From: the human T2T-CHM13v2.0 reference genome, Homo sapiens
Length of the DNA: 64,000 bases
Assembly: GCF_009914755.1 (NCBI RefSeq)
Contig: NC_060930.1
Strand: one strand, 5' to 3'
Of the stretch, positions 34,704 to 50,504 are shown one piece after another; the stretch's first letter is position 1; each line of letters begins with the position of its first letter. The notes beneath the pieces were generated by a model, which saw nothing but the letters and a program-made list of their open reading frames with translations, ran no database searches and was not told the DNA's origin. The position numbers and the translations under genes were made by a program.

Positions 34704-35012
34704 GGCTGGGCACTGTGGCTCATGCCTGTAATCCCAACACTTTGGGAGGCTGAGACGGGTGGACGGCTTGAGCCCAGGAATCGAGACCGGCCTGGACAAC
34801 ATGGCGAAAGCCCATCTCAACAAAAAAATTAAAAAAAAAAAAATAGCCCAGCGTGATGATGCGCACCTGTAGTCCCAGCTATTCAGGAGGCTGAGGTAGG
34901 AGGATTACTTGAAAACAAGCGGCAGAGGTTGCAGTGAACAGAGATTGTGCCACTGCACTCCATCTTGAGCAACAAAACCAGACCTAGTCTTAAAAAAAAA
35001 AGAAAAAAAAAA
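34704..35012 (+). mobile_element. AluJ-like
   Basis: gcttgagcccagg and ggaggattacttga motifs; A tail. Confidence 0.9.
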
Positions 35013-35817
35013 CACATCCCCAGTTCCCATACCATTTGGGATAGAGACAAATAGGCAGCTGAGTTTCTCCCTTACACGCTACTTAAAGGGAAAGACTGAC
35101 CCTGCTGATTCGTGTCTAATTCCTCGGGAGAAAGGGGATGCATGAAGTTACTTGGAGATGGACTGTCACGCAAAAGTCCTCTCTGTATCCTTAAAAGGAC
35201 GATGTACTCTATTTGGGGATCAGGATGTTAGAGTAATGCTCACAGTATATGTGGTAGAGGCAGAAAAAAAAAATGTTTTTTTCTCCTTCCATAGTGAGGC
35301 ACTGCAACAATAATAGCATGGTTCAATTTTGGTAAAAACTGCAAGCTAACAGCAAACATTGTATTGCTCTTACAATGAGCTTGGCACTGTCCTAAACATC
35401 AACAGCACATATTAACTTAGTGAATCTTCACAATCCTCAAATGGGGGAAGTAGATGAGGAAACTAGTCATGAGGGTAAATATTGATCCAACTCACACACT
35501 ATTTAGTGGCAAGTTCAGGTTTAGGACCTATACTATCAGGTTCCTAACTATTGCATCATGCTACCTCTCATACTGAAATTCGTCTTGGAACTCATCCAAT
35601 ATGGACAGAAACATTTGGGGCCAGAGGTGCAGTAGATGGCGACTTGGAGTATTTAGCTTTTCCCTGGAATATTCTAGGAATCCAGAAATACTTGTGATTA
35701 CTTTAAGTTCAGGAAATCTGGCAATCCTAAATATTTGCTGTTATTTATGATGTTAAGCATTAGATATACTTTATGTATTTTTTCTCATTTAACTTATTTT
35801 ATATATATAGAGAGAGA

Positions 35818-36092
35818 TTATTTTATTTTATTTTAAGTTCCAGGATACACATGCAGGACACCTGCAAGTTTGTTACATAAGTAAACGTGTGCCATGGTGG
35901 TTTGCTGTACCTATCAACCCATCACCTAGGTATTAAGCCCAGCAGTATTAACTATTTATCCTGATGCTCTCCCTCTGCCTACATCCCCCTACAGGCCCCA
36001 GTGTGTATTGTTCCCCTCCCTGTGTCCATATGTTCTCACTGTTCAGCTCCCACTTGTAAGTGTGAACATGCAGTGTTTGGTTTTCTGTTCTT
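35818..36092 (-). mobile_element. L1PA 3'UTR fragment
   Basis: ttttaagttccaggatacacatgcagg...gaacatgcagtgtttggttttctgttc. Confidence 0.88.
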
Positions 36093-36978
36093 GTCTTGTT
36101 ATTGTATGCATACAATTCTCATGACCCATCAGAATTTATTATTTATCCCTTCTTTAAAAAATAAAACTAATATTAAGTGGTCACAAACTAAGTAAAAGAA
36201 CTAACAGTGAAACCCCCCAGACTCATATCCCACTGCCTCTAGGAAATTGCTCTAGAAATATGTTATAGTTACATTTACTTGCACTTTGCTTTTAGAAGGC
36301 TTGGTGGTCAGAATGAGCTGTGGCTTTTTGAGAATTTATACTCAATGACTACCATGCTGTGAATCCCTATTTTCAGAGGTTTTCTTTAAATAATTGAAAA
36401 GTCCTTTCCTTCTCCAATTAAAACAGGTGTACAATTTGAAAATAGGACTATTTCCTCTATCTGTCCTATCTTATTTTAGCCATACCTGACATTTTATTGG
36501 CATGTATAAAGCAGTTTAATTTAATGAGATGAGCATAATTTAAAGATAAATACATGGGTTATCCTTATTCCTCTAAACAGCAAGTGTGCTCTTCAAGCTT
36601 CTATCTTTGCAGACTGATTTCCCTAAATTATGCTTGAAAAAAAATTTTTAATTGCATTCCAATCCACATACATATGCATGTACATACACACATACAGAAA
36701 ATTACATATGCAAAACCTGGAAGCTCATTCTGCTCTAACACTAAAAATGTTTTCTTATGAAATCTCAACTTAATTAAAAATCCTGTCTAAAATCTTGTAA
36801 TTTAAAGGGCTACCTCAATGCAGGGGAAAGGAGCTGAAGACTAGAAATTTCAGTCTTGCATTAAAAAGTTATTTTTTTCTACAAGAATTCAATAATATTG
36901 GGAAAATGTTTTTCCAAAAGAAATACATGAACATATTATCTTAAACATTTCAAACAATATAGATAAAAACAAAAAATA

Positions 36979-37278
36979 GGCCAGGTGCGGTGGCTCACGC
37001 CTGTAATCCCAGAACTTTGGAGGGCCGAGGCGGGCAGATAATGAGGTCAGGAGATGGAGACCATCCTGGCTAACACGGTAAAACCCCGTCTCTACTAAAA
37101 ATACAAAAAATCAGCCGGGCGTGGTGGCAGGCGCCTGTAGTCCCAGCTACTCGGGAGGCTGAGGCAGGAGAATGGCCGTGAACGCGGGAGGCGGGGCTTG
37201 CAGTGAGCTGAGATTGCGCCACTGCACTCCAGCCTGGGCGACAGAGCGAGACTCCGTCTCAACAACAACAACAAAAAG
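36979..37278 (+). mobile_element. AluY-like with (AAC)n tail
   Basis: gagaccatcctggctaacacgg; CpG-rich. Confidence 0.95.
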
Positions 37279-37409
37279 CATAGTCTAAGCCCCCTTTTTT
37301 CCTTTCCTTACACTTCTTGTTGCTAGCTATAGCTCCATAAACCATCTGATGTGTATCCTTCTAGATATTTTCTGTGCATGTACATGCACATATACATTTT
37401 TCTTATAAC

Positions 37410-37950
37410 ACAACCCTTCCACTCCTATTTATAAAAGAGAAATTAAATCAGCACACATCTATACAAAGAATTAACTACAAATTTTCATAGCTGTTTTATA
37501 AGTAATAGCCAAAAACTTTATATAACCTAAATGTCCGTTAGTAAGTAAGTGGATAAATAAATTGTAGGCTATCCAGACTACAAAACACTCCCGAGCAATA
37601 ACAAGGAATCCACTATTGGTATACACAGCAATCTGTTAAATATCAAAATAATTATGCTGAATGAAAGAAGGCAAATAAAAAGAGTGCACACTGTGTGATT
37701 CCATTAATATAAAATTCTAGAAAGTGTAAATTAACCTATAGCAACAGAAAGCAGATCAATGATTGCTTAAGGAGAGGTACAGGATGAGGAAGAGCAGGAA
37801 GGGAGGGAAAAGAGATGAAAAAGAAAAGTTCCTGGGTGATGAAATTGTTCATCTTGGTTGTGGTGGTAGTTTCATGGCTCTACTCATATATGAAAACATC
37901 AAATTGTACTTTCAAAAATGTGTAATTTATTGTATGTCAATTTTACCTAC
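37410..37950 (+). mobile_element. Ancient L1ME-type 3' fragment
   Basis: gtggataaataaattgt...attatgctgaatgaaagaag...acagaaagcagatca. Confidence 0.7.
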
Positions 37951-39054
37951 ACACACATACACACTTCCATTATGTGGTGAATAGACCAAGAGATCCCGTA
38001 TCAATTGGAATTAAAAATATTTGATGCTATCCTGTCAACAAGAATAAAAACAGTAAAAAGTAATTGTCTCTAGGCATTGGGACAGGGGATGGGAAGACTT
38101 TATGCTTTATATTAGAATCTTCTGCTTCATTTGATTTTGTTGGAGGAGGCGCCACGTGGAGGTATGTATCTTACTTCAAAAGTCATTTCTGAAGATAGTG
38201 TTAAATGCCTACACATTTTACAGAAATGAAATTTAACAAAAATATTTATAGTAAAAGTTTACCAGGTGTGAGGTATCATAAATGACTTTTTTCATTTTTC
38301 TACTTTTTAAAATTTTCTTAGAAACTTTAACCATTTGTTAAAACTTATTTTTAAATACGATTTTCAACCTTCTTAGCAGTGGCATTCCTTTCAAATAAAA
38401 CTTTACATGATTTTCAATTTCTAAAATGTATAAAAGTTACCTACCTCAGGCTCTCATTATTTTTGCTTTTTGTCTCAGGTCTCAGTATCTTGCAGCCCAT
38501 CCTCGATCTTGATGCCACAATGATGTTTCTAAATTTATCCCCCTATGTACAAATGTGCCATTTTTAGTACAATAGTATCCAGCCTTATCAGATTCAATGA
38601 CGTATTTTGTAAATATTTCATAACTCCCCTTTACCATTCCAAATGAAATTAATATATAACATGTTTGTATATATGCCATATATTTGTATACATTACACAT
38701 ATGGCATATGTGTGTGTATCTAGCATATATTTCATGTGTATATATATGTATACATCACACACATATGAAATATATATAAACATATATAAATAAATATAAT
38801 TATGTCACCTAATATTTTGGTGAAACTACTAAAATATTGGCATCCAAAACAATGAGCAAGTTAAAATGGAAATTTTTTTTTCCTAAATGTACTCAGAGTA
38901 GGTGAACCGAAGGTCAAGCATGGCTTCAGACACATAACTTCATAATTTTTCTTAGCCTTTCAAACTTTTTTTCTTTTATCCATTTAATGACTAAAGCATA
39001 ATTTTTGGACTAAAAAGCCTAATGTCTTGGATTCTAGAAAAATAAAGAGATTGG

Positions 39055-39395
<341 letters not shown>

Positions 39396-41103
39396 TCATG
39401 ATCTAGGTAGAATTTTAACAGAGCCTTGAGAAAGGAATACGGTAGGATTTGAATAACAGAAAAGGCTTTTGGCTAGGTTAACTTTTATTTCACTTTCTGA
39501 ATTAAAACCCAGTAAACTATTAGAATGAGGATGAAATGGGATTATTTTAGTTTTGCTGTTTGCAAATTAATAGCTAAACTAATACTAAAAAGCCTGCACA
39601 ATCAGGCTCAGACCCATTTTTCCAACCTAACTTTTCCATGATCCGCAAAAACCCTGCTCTCCAAATAGACTGATTGATTTCTACAAATGCCTTGCACGTG
39701 TTTTGGAAAGAGGATTAAAAATCTCAATATAATTCAAATAGTGGCACAATATAAATATAGTTCTTATCTGCATTAAACTATCCATAGTATAAAGCAATGC
39801 AAAATCTGATTGTTTTTCTGAGAAATTTTTTAGGAGACATTTCATGAAGAGAGTAACAGTGAGATTAATATGACAGAAATATGGTAATGTAGGTGAGAAA
39901 AGAGGACAGTGACCTTTGATGCTCAAAGTTAATCAGTGTACTGTTAGTCCAATCAATTGTTACACAATTTTTAGCTAAGAGTTTTACTATCTTTATTCCA
40001 TGCACCATGAACGCTTTCCTGCAGTAGATTTTATTTGCTCATAATTATTTGCTCTCTTGCCAATTTAGCCATGCCTAGTTTAGTTCCCCAGCCTACAGAT
40101 TTGGGGCTTGTCATGCGACAGCCTTTGGCCAGTAAGATGTGAGTGGACATAATATTGAACATATCTGCGCAGAAGCTTCCCATGCTATTGCAGTATTTGG
40201 CTTGGTCTTTCTTTCATATATGCCTTCTAACAGGAAAAAGAACTGTCTCCAATAGAAGCTGTTCCTTCCTTCTGAGTCATAAAATGAAAATATTTTGGAA
40301 GATACACAAACCTGACCTACAACCTAGACCTGATTCCAGCTCAGTACAACCCATAGTTAGCCCAAGCCCACATGTAATGTGAATAATAACAAACAAAAGT
40401 ATTGTTTTAAGCCACAGGAGTATTGAAATTATGTTACTGCAGCAGAAACTGACAGTTAAAATTACATTTTGTATTTTTTTTGTATTTCCTTATTAAAAAA
40501 AAGAGAATGACCAGATGTTTCTAAACATAATAACAACAAAATAGTTATTTTCACCTTTTTTAATACTGAAAAAATATTCAAGTAGCATTTGTTTGCACTT
40601 AATATTAAAAAGATCAGTTGAAATTTGCAGTTTCTTTCTATTGCTTTTATATCATAGCATAATTTCTGTGTTGGTATTGAATGTACATATATATTATACA
40701 TACATTATATATATATAAAACTATATATATGCACTAGCATGGAAGACTGTGGTGTGTTATATTAATTTGTGGGGTTCTAAATATTTATTAATTTTTTCTT
40801 CATCTGCAAATATCTGATGCATGAACTCCTATATGAATTTTTTATGCTTTTGGTTCATTATCCAAAAAATATTAGTTTAGCTTCCCTGATTAAGTATGAC
40901 CTATTGCTTAGCCAAGCAATTTAAAGTGAGAATAAGTCTCAAAACTGTGAAACACTGATTTTCATTAATAAATTTTTTATAAATGCAATCAAATGAATCT
41001 CAAAATACTAACTCATTTTAAAGACCCAACTATTGGAGAAAAGTCCCTTATTTCTTTTAATACAACATTCACACTATTGTAGCACTAAAGATACAAACCA
41101 TGC

Positions 41104-41474
41104 TACTATGGTTTGAATGTGTCCCCAAAAGTTCATGTGTTGGAAACTTGTTCTCTATGAAGTGTTGTTGAGAGGTGGGGCCTAATAAGCGATGTTTGTC
41201 ATGGAGACAATGCCCTCAGGAATGAATTAATGCAATGAATTAATCTCAAAAATGAGTTTATTATCAAGGGAGTAGGTTCCTTATAAAATAATGAGTTCTG
41301 CCCTTTCTTACTCTCTCATCCTCTTTTGCCCTTCCACCATGAGATGATACAGCAGAAAGGTCATCACGAGATGCCAGCCTCTCAATGTTGGACTTCCCGG
41401 CCTCCAGAACAATAAGCCAATAAATTAACCACTCTCAGGTATTCTGTTATAGCTGCACAAAACTGACCAAGACA
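41104..41474 (+). mobile_element. MST-type MaLR LTR
   Basis: tactatggtttgaatgtgtcccc...ccaagaca; TSD catgc at 41099-41103 and 41475-41479. Confidence 0.88.
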
Positions 41475-41585
41475 CATGCCTTGGATATTTTAAAATACAT
41501 GTAGAAAATATAATAAAATGATGATATAGACCTGCTTAATGAGCAAGTATTTTATCAGCTGTTATTTAAAGTTAAATAGTTTACT

Positions 41586-42017
41586 TGTCAAGAATAGCAA
41601 AATGTCTAAGATTATTCACTACTCGAAAGCCAGTAAGTTAGTATGCCAGTTTCATGTATGCGATGTTAGAGATAAAGAATTTTATTGCCCTCAGCTCTTC
41701 TGAGCCCAAGCATACTTGCATCAGTGTTTATTGCCGCCAGGTCCAAGAGTGGGGATGAAATGGACCCAGATTGATATCTGCATGTATGTGAGTTGCAGTA
41801 CAAAAGAGGAACCCTAAGTTCAGGAAATCCGAATATTTTATAATGTTCAGTAAGCATGCCTGCCCTTTGCTCTGAAGGGAGACACTATGCCTATCTTCCA
41901 AGCCGGCTTGCTAGACCAATATCCTTGAAAAGAGAGGGTGAAACAAAGAAAAATTAGTGCCTTTCAACATAAATTGTGCCAAATCATGAAAGACCCATAG
42001 AGCATTATCTCCCAACA
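41586..42017 (-). mobile_element. LTR40-like ERVL solo LTR
   Basis: Minus strand begins tgttgggagataatgctctatgggtc, like the remembered LTR40 start. Confidence 0.7.
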
Positions 42018-42935
42018 CACTTCCAAATAAATCCTAAGAGGTCTAAGTGAGCTCAAATTAATATTAAATAAATCAGTAAAACCAGTAATTTAAAATCCAG
42101 ATTTAAAATTCATAAGAAAATACAAATGAATCTAAAATCTAAAATATCATATTTAGACATTATTTTAAAATTTAAAATAATATCATATTAAATATAATAA
42201 TCTATATATAAAATATAAATATCTTGAGGGAGGAACTTTCTAAGATTAAAAATAATAAAGGAAATTTCAACAGAAAAGATTGATGGATTGAATTGCATAA
42301 AATTTGAATATCAAAATAGCAAAGCCCGTTAAAATAGAAATAAAAGACATATAAGAGACTGGGAAAACATTTAATATTATTTAAACAATAATTACAATAG
42401 ATACATGATTAGTGTTCTTACTATGTAAGATGATTTTAAGTGACAAAAAAAAAATCCTGCTCTCTCCTAACGCTAATAATGAACAGAAAGTCACAAAAGT
42501 TCAAATAAACTATTAAAATAATTAATTTTCAAAAGAAATCAAAGAAACACAATGTTATTAATCAACAAAATTTCAACAAAAATTCTCATGACATAATGTT
42601 AAGTGAAAAAAGATGAAAAATGTAATTTTTTTAAAAAAAAACCTGAAATAATGTCAGAAAGAAGTACCCAACAATATTATTAGTGATTGTTAATATGGCT
42701 TCATATTATAGTAATATCACACTTTATTGTATTTATACTTTCAAAATTTTTTACACTGAGCAAAAATTATTATTGTAAAGTTTTAAAAATTCAAAATCAA
42801 TTAGGTTGAAATTTCTGCACTATGCACAGTATGGTAACATACCACAATATGTTGAAATTTGAGAACCCCCATCACGCCTTCTAGCCCTGCCCAGTTTCTC
42901 TTACATTTCATGATACTTAAAATCTTCCTGACGGT

Positions 42936-43233
42936 GGCCCGGCTCAGTGGCTCACGCCTGTAATCCCAGCACTTTGGGAGGCCGAGGCGGGCGGATCACG
43001 AGGTCAGGAGATGGAGACCATCCTGGCTAACACGGTGAAACCCCGTCTCTACTAAAAATACAAAAAAAAATTAGCCGGCAGTGGTGACGGAAGCCTGTAG
43101 TCCCAGCTACTCAGGAGGCTGAGGCAGGAGAATCGCCTTGAACCCGGGAGGCAGAGCTCGCAGTGAGCCGAGATCACGCCACTGCACTCCAGCCTGTGCA
43201 ACAGAGCGAAACTCCACCTAAAAAAAAAAAAAA
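42936..43233 (+). mobile_element. AluY/Sc-like
   Basis: Full dimer with A tail. Confidence 0.95.
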
Positions 43234-43599
43234 GTTCTTCCCATCAGTGTTTTCTTCCTTTGGATTTCTTCAAAATATATAAATACCTATTCAAAAATAT
43301 AAATACCTCTGATTATATTCAACAAATTAAACTAAGCATAATAATGCAGTAACAGTTTATCAGATTTTTCACTTTACCATAGAGCAGAAGTAGGAATCAG
43401 ATGGAGGAGGTGACACTAGTGATGAAAGACCCCAGAAAGGGGTAGTGATGGGCAACAATCAACAATGAGGTTTGTTTCTTCCCAATTTTAACTACAACTG
43501 TCTCTGACATCTCATTCAAACACATTAGCTCCAGGATAATCTCATAAATTGCTGAACTGTTGGTTATGCCTCTAATCATGTATTCAAAAAGATATTATG

Positions 43600-43923
<324 letters not shown>

Positions 43924-44089
43924 TTATGAGACACTCTTTGGCTTCAGTTTTGCATCTATAATGAATTACATAAAAATAAAAGTGAATCCTATTTCTTACT
44001 CTGCATTTTTGTACCAACAAATATATTGACTACATAAACCTGTTTGTTATCAACTTTTTAAAATGTGGATTTGTTTTCATCACATAGAC

Positions 44090-44604
44090 ATGCTTTATTT
44101 GTTTTCTATTGCAGCTGTTAATTACCACAAATTTGGTGGCTTAAAACAAAATTTATTACTTTAGAGGTCTGGGGATGGGAAGTCCAAAATCAGTCTCCTT
44201 GAGCCAAAATCAAGGTGTCCTCAGGTTCCAACAAAATCCTCCTGGAGGCTCTTAGCGAGAACCTGCTTTGCCTCTTACATATCCTGGAGGCTGCCACCAT
44301 TCCTTGACTCGTGGCCATATCACTCCAGCCTCTGCTCTTGCCACATCAGCTTCTCTAACTTTGACCCTCTTTGGCCTACCCTGGGACCTTCTTTCTGTTA
44401 CCTACTTATCTAGCCTCCTTCTTAAAAGGACATTTATAATTATGATACATTACATCCATCCAGATAATTCAGCATGCTCTCACTATCTCAAATCCCTAAC
44501 CAAATTACATTTCAAAGTCCCTTTTGTCATGTAAGGAACATAGTCACAGGTTCCAGGGATTAGGACATGGGCATCCTTGGGAGACCATTATTCTGTCTAC
44601 CTCA
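44090..44604 (-). mobile_element. MLT1 MaLR LTR
   Basis: ttaccacaaatttggtggcttaaaacaa...cacaggttccagggattaggacatgg...attctgtctacc. Confidence 0.8.
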
Positions 44605-45859
44605 GTGTACAGCAGGGTATTAAAAAAATCACTTACTAGTATTTTAAATCTTTGAAACAAATTATGGAGATATAATAAGATGATAGCTATATCGAAAACT
44701 GAGAAAAATGAACTATTTTTACTGTATCAAATGCATCATCAATATGTTTGAATGGCACATAATAAATTTTAGAAAGTATTGTCATTTTATGGACCAAATA
44801 TCTGTCAATAAATTGCATGAAATGATTTTAAAGGTAAGGGAATTCAAACATTTGTTTTATGAGCATTTGCCAAATTTGTGAGAATTTTTTTCCTTCTGAG
44901 ATAATTTGAAGAATAAATGTGTGTGGATGTAGTAATTTGTTGAGCAAAGAATGTCATTTAATTAAATCGTAACTAGTAGAGTTGTTGTGACTGTGCCCTC
45001 AGGACTCTTTGAAAGTAAGAAAAGGATGTCTTAAATTGTTTCTTCTGATTAGAAGCAAGGGAATTTCTGGAAGAAAGTAGTGGCAAGTTGGAAAAGAAGA
45101 AAATTAGGCATTCTGTGCAAGTTCTAAAGTTCTGGTAGTGCCAAGCAGCATAGCAGCATGAGTAACAGAGAGACCTGGATAAGGGTCTGAGGAAAAGGGA
45201 AAAGCAGTGCAACTAACTAAACCCCAAATAGGACAATAACCAGACTGAAATCAGTGAAAGCAGCTCAGTCACTAGAGGGTGAAGTTCTCGCTCAACACTT
45301 CTACCAGGCATAAGTCAGAAAAATCCCTCTTAGTAGAAAAGTGGTATAATGTTTAAGAAAACTGAATTACTTTAAATTCTCCCAAAATTTGTCATGTTTC
45401 CAGAGCACTTAAGAAGAAAAGATAGGAATTTCATACTGACTTTTTTATAAGTTGGAATTTGTTCACTTTCTAAGATCTAACTCTTTGGAAAATAAAAATT
45501 CAAATACATTATTAATAATCTTCTGTCAACCTAGACAACTGGCAATAGGCCGACGGAAATTTCCTTGTTTGTTTTATTTTGTCGACCATTTTAGCATGCT
45601 GTAGATGCTATTGTGATCGAAGAAAATCATGAGTAATCATCAAAAATATGAATTTTAATTCACAAGCATTGCCAGAGGTATACTGGGTGTCCACTGTGTT
45701 CCACACACTAAACATGAGTAAAACAAAAGGCAGGTCATATCATTTTTGCTCAACCTCTGCAACGGTACCCAGTTTGACCCAAAGGAAAACCAAAAATATT
45801 GACAAGACCCTACTAGGCCCTAAATGTCTACCACTGCTTACTCCCATCCTTACTTCTCT

Positions 45860-46345
45860 GACTGTAATCTCCAACTCCTTTCTCTGCCCACTCACCCACC
45901 TGTAGCCTCCCCTGAAATCCTCCAGACAAATCCTTCTACCTAAGGATATTGGCCTACCCCAGAAGCCTTTCTCCTTGATACCTGCTTAACTAACTCCCTC
46001 ACCTCTTTCAAACATTGCTTAAATCACCTTCACAGCCTGCTCTGAATACTCAATTCAATACTGTAGTATGGCCCCTGGGTCACACCCTGTGATTTCCATC
46101 CTCTCTCCCTGATCTTTTTCTTCTTTCCAGGGCACTTGTGGCCTTCTAACATTCTATGCAATTGATTGATTGGTTGGCTGATTGATTGATTGATTTTTAA
46201 ATTGTTTCTTCCTAACTATAACATAAGTTCTATGATAGCAAGAGTTTTTTATCTATTCTGTTTACTGACATACCCCAAAATATCATAGAACTCTGCCCGG
46301 GACAGAGCAGGCATTCATTAGCTGCATGTTGAATAAATGAATACA
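45860..46345 (+). mobile_element. L2 3' end
   Basis: Ends gttgaataaatgaat; agaagcctttctcc motif. Confidence 0.6.
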
Positions 46346-46739
46346 AACAGGATAGAAATTTTTAAGCATACTCATTGATCCTTGCAATAAAACTGTAAAT
46401 TTGATATCATTACTAACTTATTTTTACAGATGGTTAAATTAAAAACTTGAGAAGTTAAATGATTTACTCGTATCATAAAGTTAGTACATGACCAAGCTGA
46501 CACTCAAGCTCAAAACTGTAAACATTTTCACATAACACACAGCGATATCAGTTTTATTTCTTTAATTAAATAATTATTTCTCAAGTACTTATGCTATACA
46601 AAGCATCATATTGAAGGAATAGTAAAGAGGAATAAAATATGGAACTTGTTCTCAAGGAGCTCACTTACTGTCTGTTTGATAGGTTTTTAAACGAGAACAC
46701 TCAATGAGTGAACTAGGATCGGTCTGGTCATGCAGCTAA

Positions 46740-46972
<233 letters not shown>

Positions 46973-47683
46973 CTTTGCCCTGACCAACCTATCTCAGCTC
47001 CTTCTGTGGTTTCTAGTTCTAAGTTTTTAGCATAAATAACACCTTCTCTAATATCTTACATTTTATTTTCTGAGACAATGAAAGACTATCTCCATCCTGT
47101 TTTGTTTTAAAATATTCTACAGCTTGTAATTAGGGTGTAGTTCGGTAGTTAGAAATGCTTTCATTGCCCTTATCCTATTTGTTCTGCAGGTTTCTCGTTT
47201 TCCTTAGATTTATAGACTGGACATGAGGAAAATAAAAAATAATCAGAATACTTCAGGCAAAGATTTCAGGCGTTCACCAAAGCCTTACTGTACTAGATCT
47301 TAGCAGGATCTTGTACTAGAAACTTAGCAAGTGCAAATATACTAAGACAAGACATTAAACAGTAAGTGCACTAGATGAAATACCTGAAGAGAAATATCAA
47401 GTTTCCTCCGACTGCATCTCCCTCTGGGTCTCTTAATAATGGACCTCATCAAAACCAAAATTAGAAATTTTCTATTTCAGCATATGGCAAGGGTGCTGAA
47501 CTAATAAGACTTTGAAGAAGACATTGTAACATTGACATGGAAATTGTCTATGTTAGATGTGAGAAAATGTTCACTGATTTGAGTCTGACTTAGGATGTTA
47601 CATCGATTATTCACAAGATCCTGGTTGAGTTTGTGATATTCACAAAATCTCCTCCTAATGTGCAAGCTAGACCAGAAATTCCA

Positions 47684-47688
<5 letters not shown>

Positions 47689-47724
<36 letters not shown>
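47689..47724. repeat. (CA)n microsatellite
   Basis: Seen directly. Confidence 0.95.
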
Positions 47725-47726
<2 letters not shown>

Positions 47727-48681
47727 TAAATGGAATGTGTGCATGAAAGGACTAAAGGATAGAATGGTGACGAAAACATTGTAGCTAGCTTTAGAAGGAC
47801 AGAAGATCTGGACAGATAGAGATGTGGATAAAGCATAGTTCAAGTGAAAGGAATACCAAGAGCAAAAGCAGGTACAGAGGTGAGAAATGCCAATTGAAAA
47901 CAGGACTTTAAATAGTTGCATTTTGCTGGGCTATGGTGTCTTCAAGGAAAATGCACACTGAATTAAATGTGAAGGAATGTAAATATTGTGCTGTAGGCAG
48001 CTGTGAGTCATGGTTGTTCTTGTTCAGGATGTGACAGTATCTGAACTATACTTCAAAAAGATTAATCTGTATTTAAGAAGGATTAATATCCATATTATTT
48101 GTGGATATATTAACAGTGAGAAAACATATGTGTATAAGATGTCACTGCACAAACACAAGAAAACTTATAAGGAGGCATGCACTTATTTTGGCATCCAAGA
48201 TCCAAAATAGGAAACACAGGACAAGACTCGGGCATTGGTTACCTAAGTTACTTCCCTATCAAAAATGACCAGGTGTACGCTGCCCTGGGAGGCCTCAACT
48301 GTTACTAGGCTCTTAGATTACTCGTTATTCTGACTGAAAAATTCTTTGGAGAGCACATGCACTGTAAAGACCTAAATCCTCCAGCCTGGAAGAATCTGTC
48401 CTTTTGTTTATGATGTGAGTCCAATCTCAGAGCTATATTCTTTTGCACAAATAATGGAAGGCATAGTAATCTCCCACCCAACAAATGCTACTTGGCTATT
48501 GTGAAAAATGCCTAGCATTCTTAGCATATCCTAATGCATAATTGCTCTGGTCCATTCCACCCTGGTTGTCATTCAGAAATACTGTGAGAGTCATTAGAGA
48601 ATGAACCACACATTGAAGCTAATTAGTCTACAATGCTAATAAAATACAAACTACTTTTAATAAGCTATTCGCCATCAACAT

Positions 48682-49348
<667 letters not shown>

Positions 49349-49617
49349 AACATTATAATGTTACACAACACTATAAATGACCTTTATTATTGAAGTCAAC
49401 TTGGAGTCTTCTTTTCTCCTCTTATCTTTAAAACCAGTTAATTTCTTATGTTTGTTTTGCAGTGTGGCTTAAAGCTTGAAGCCCTCACACCGTAAGTTAT
49501 TTTATGAAAATTATTTTAAGTTATTTTATGAAATTCACTGCTTCTGTTCTTTATCCCCCTGGAGTTACTCACCTAGAGAACATAGGCCTGTGGTTCTCAC
49601 ATCCCTATTACCACTGA

Positions 49618-49989
<372 letters not shown>

Positions 49990-50150
49990 TCTTCTGTGCA
50001 TTTCTAGGCCTGTGGTAGTAACTAATGATGCTTTAAAAAATAGGTCACTAGTGTATATTTTGTAAAAAGGGATAGTTGTAGTATGACTTGCAAGTCTTGG
50101 AGGTATTGTGTGTTGGGAGTCATACTAAGAAAGGAGGAAATTCTGTTATA

Positions 50151-50504
50151 CAGTCATGTGCCATATAAAGGCAATTCTGGCAATGGTCCCATAAGATTAT
50201 AATATCTTATTTTTACTGTACTTTTTTTTTTGTTTAGATACACAAATACTTACCAGCACATTAAAATTGGCAACAGTATTCAGTACGGTAACAAAGTGTA
50301 TGGCTTTGCCACATAGCTATATTGGTATATACACCCAACCATATATTCACAAGATCCTGGTTGAATACCAACTATATTGGTATATACCCCCTAGGTGTGT
50401 AGTAGGCTATATGACCTAGGTTTATGTAAATACTTACACAATGATAAAATCACCTAACAAATAATTTCTCCAACTGTATTCCCATCATTAAGTGATACGT
50501 CTGC
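50151..50504 (+). mobile_element. Tigger3a/MER7-type DNA transposon with an internal rearrangement
   Basis: ta|cagtcatgtgcc...ggtcccataagattataat...ctaggtgtgtagtaggcta...ttaagtgatacgtctg. Confidence 0.8.

Noticed and set aside
38660-38800. AT-rich quasi-palindromic tract
   Set aside because: Low-complexity (TA/CA)n decay; the self-complementarity is trivial
47100-47200. Splice-acceptor-like tttgttctgcag as a possible lncRNA exon
   Set aside because: No partner donor or ORF can be supported from sequence alone
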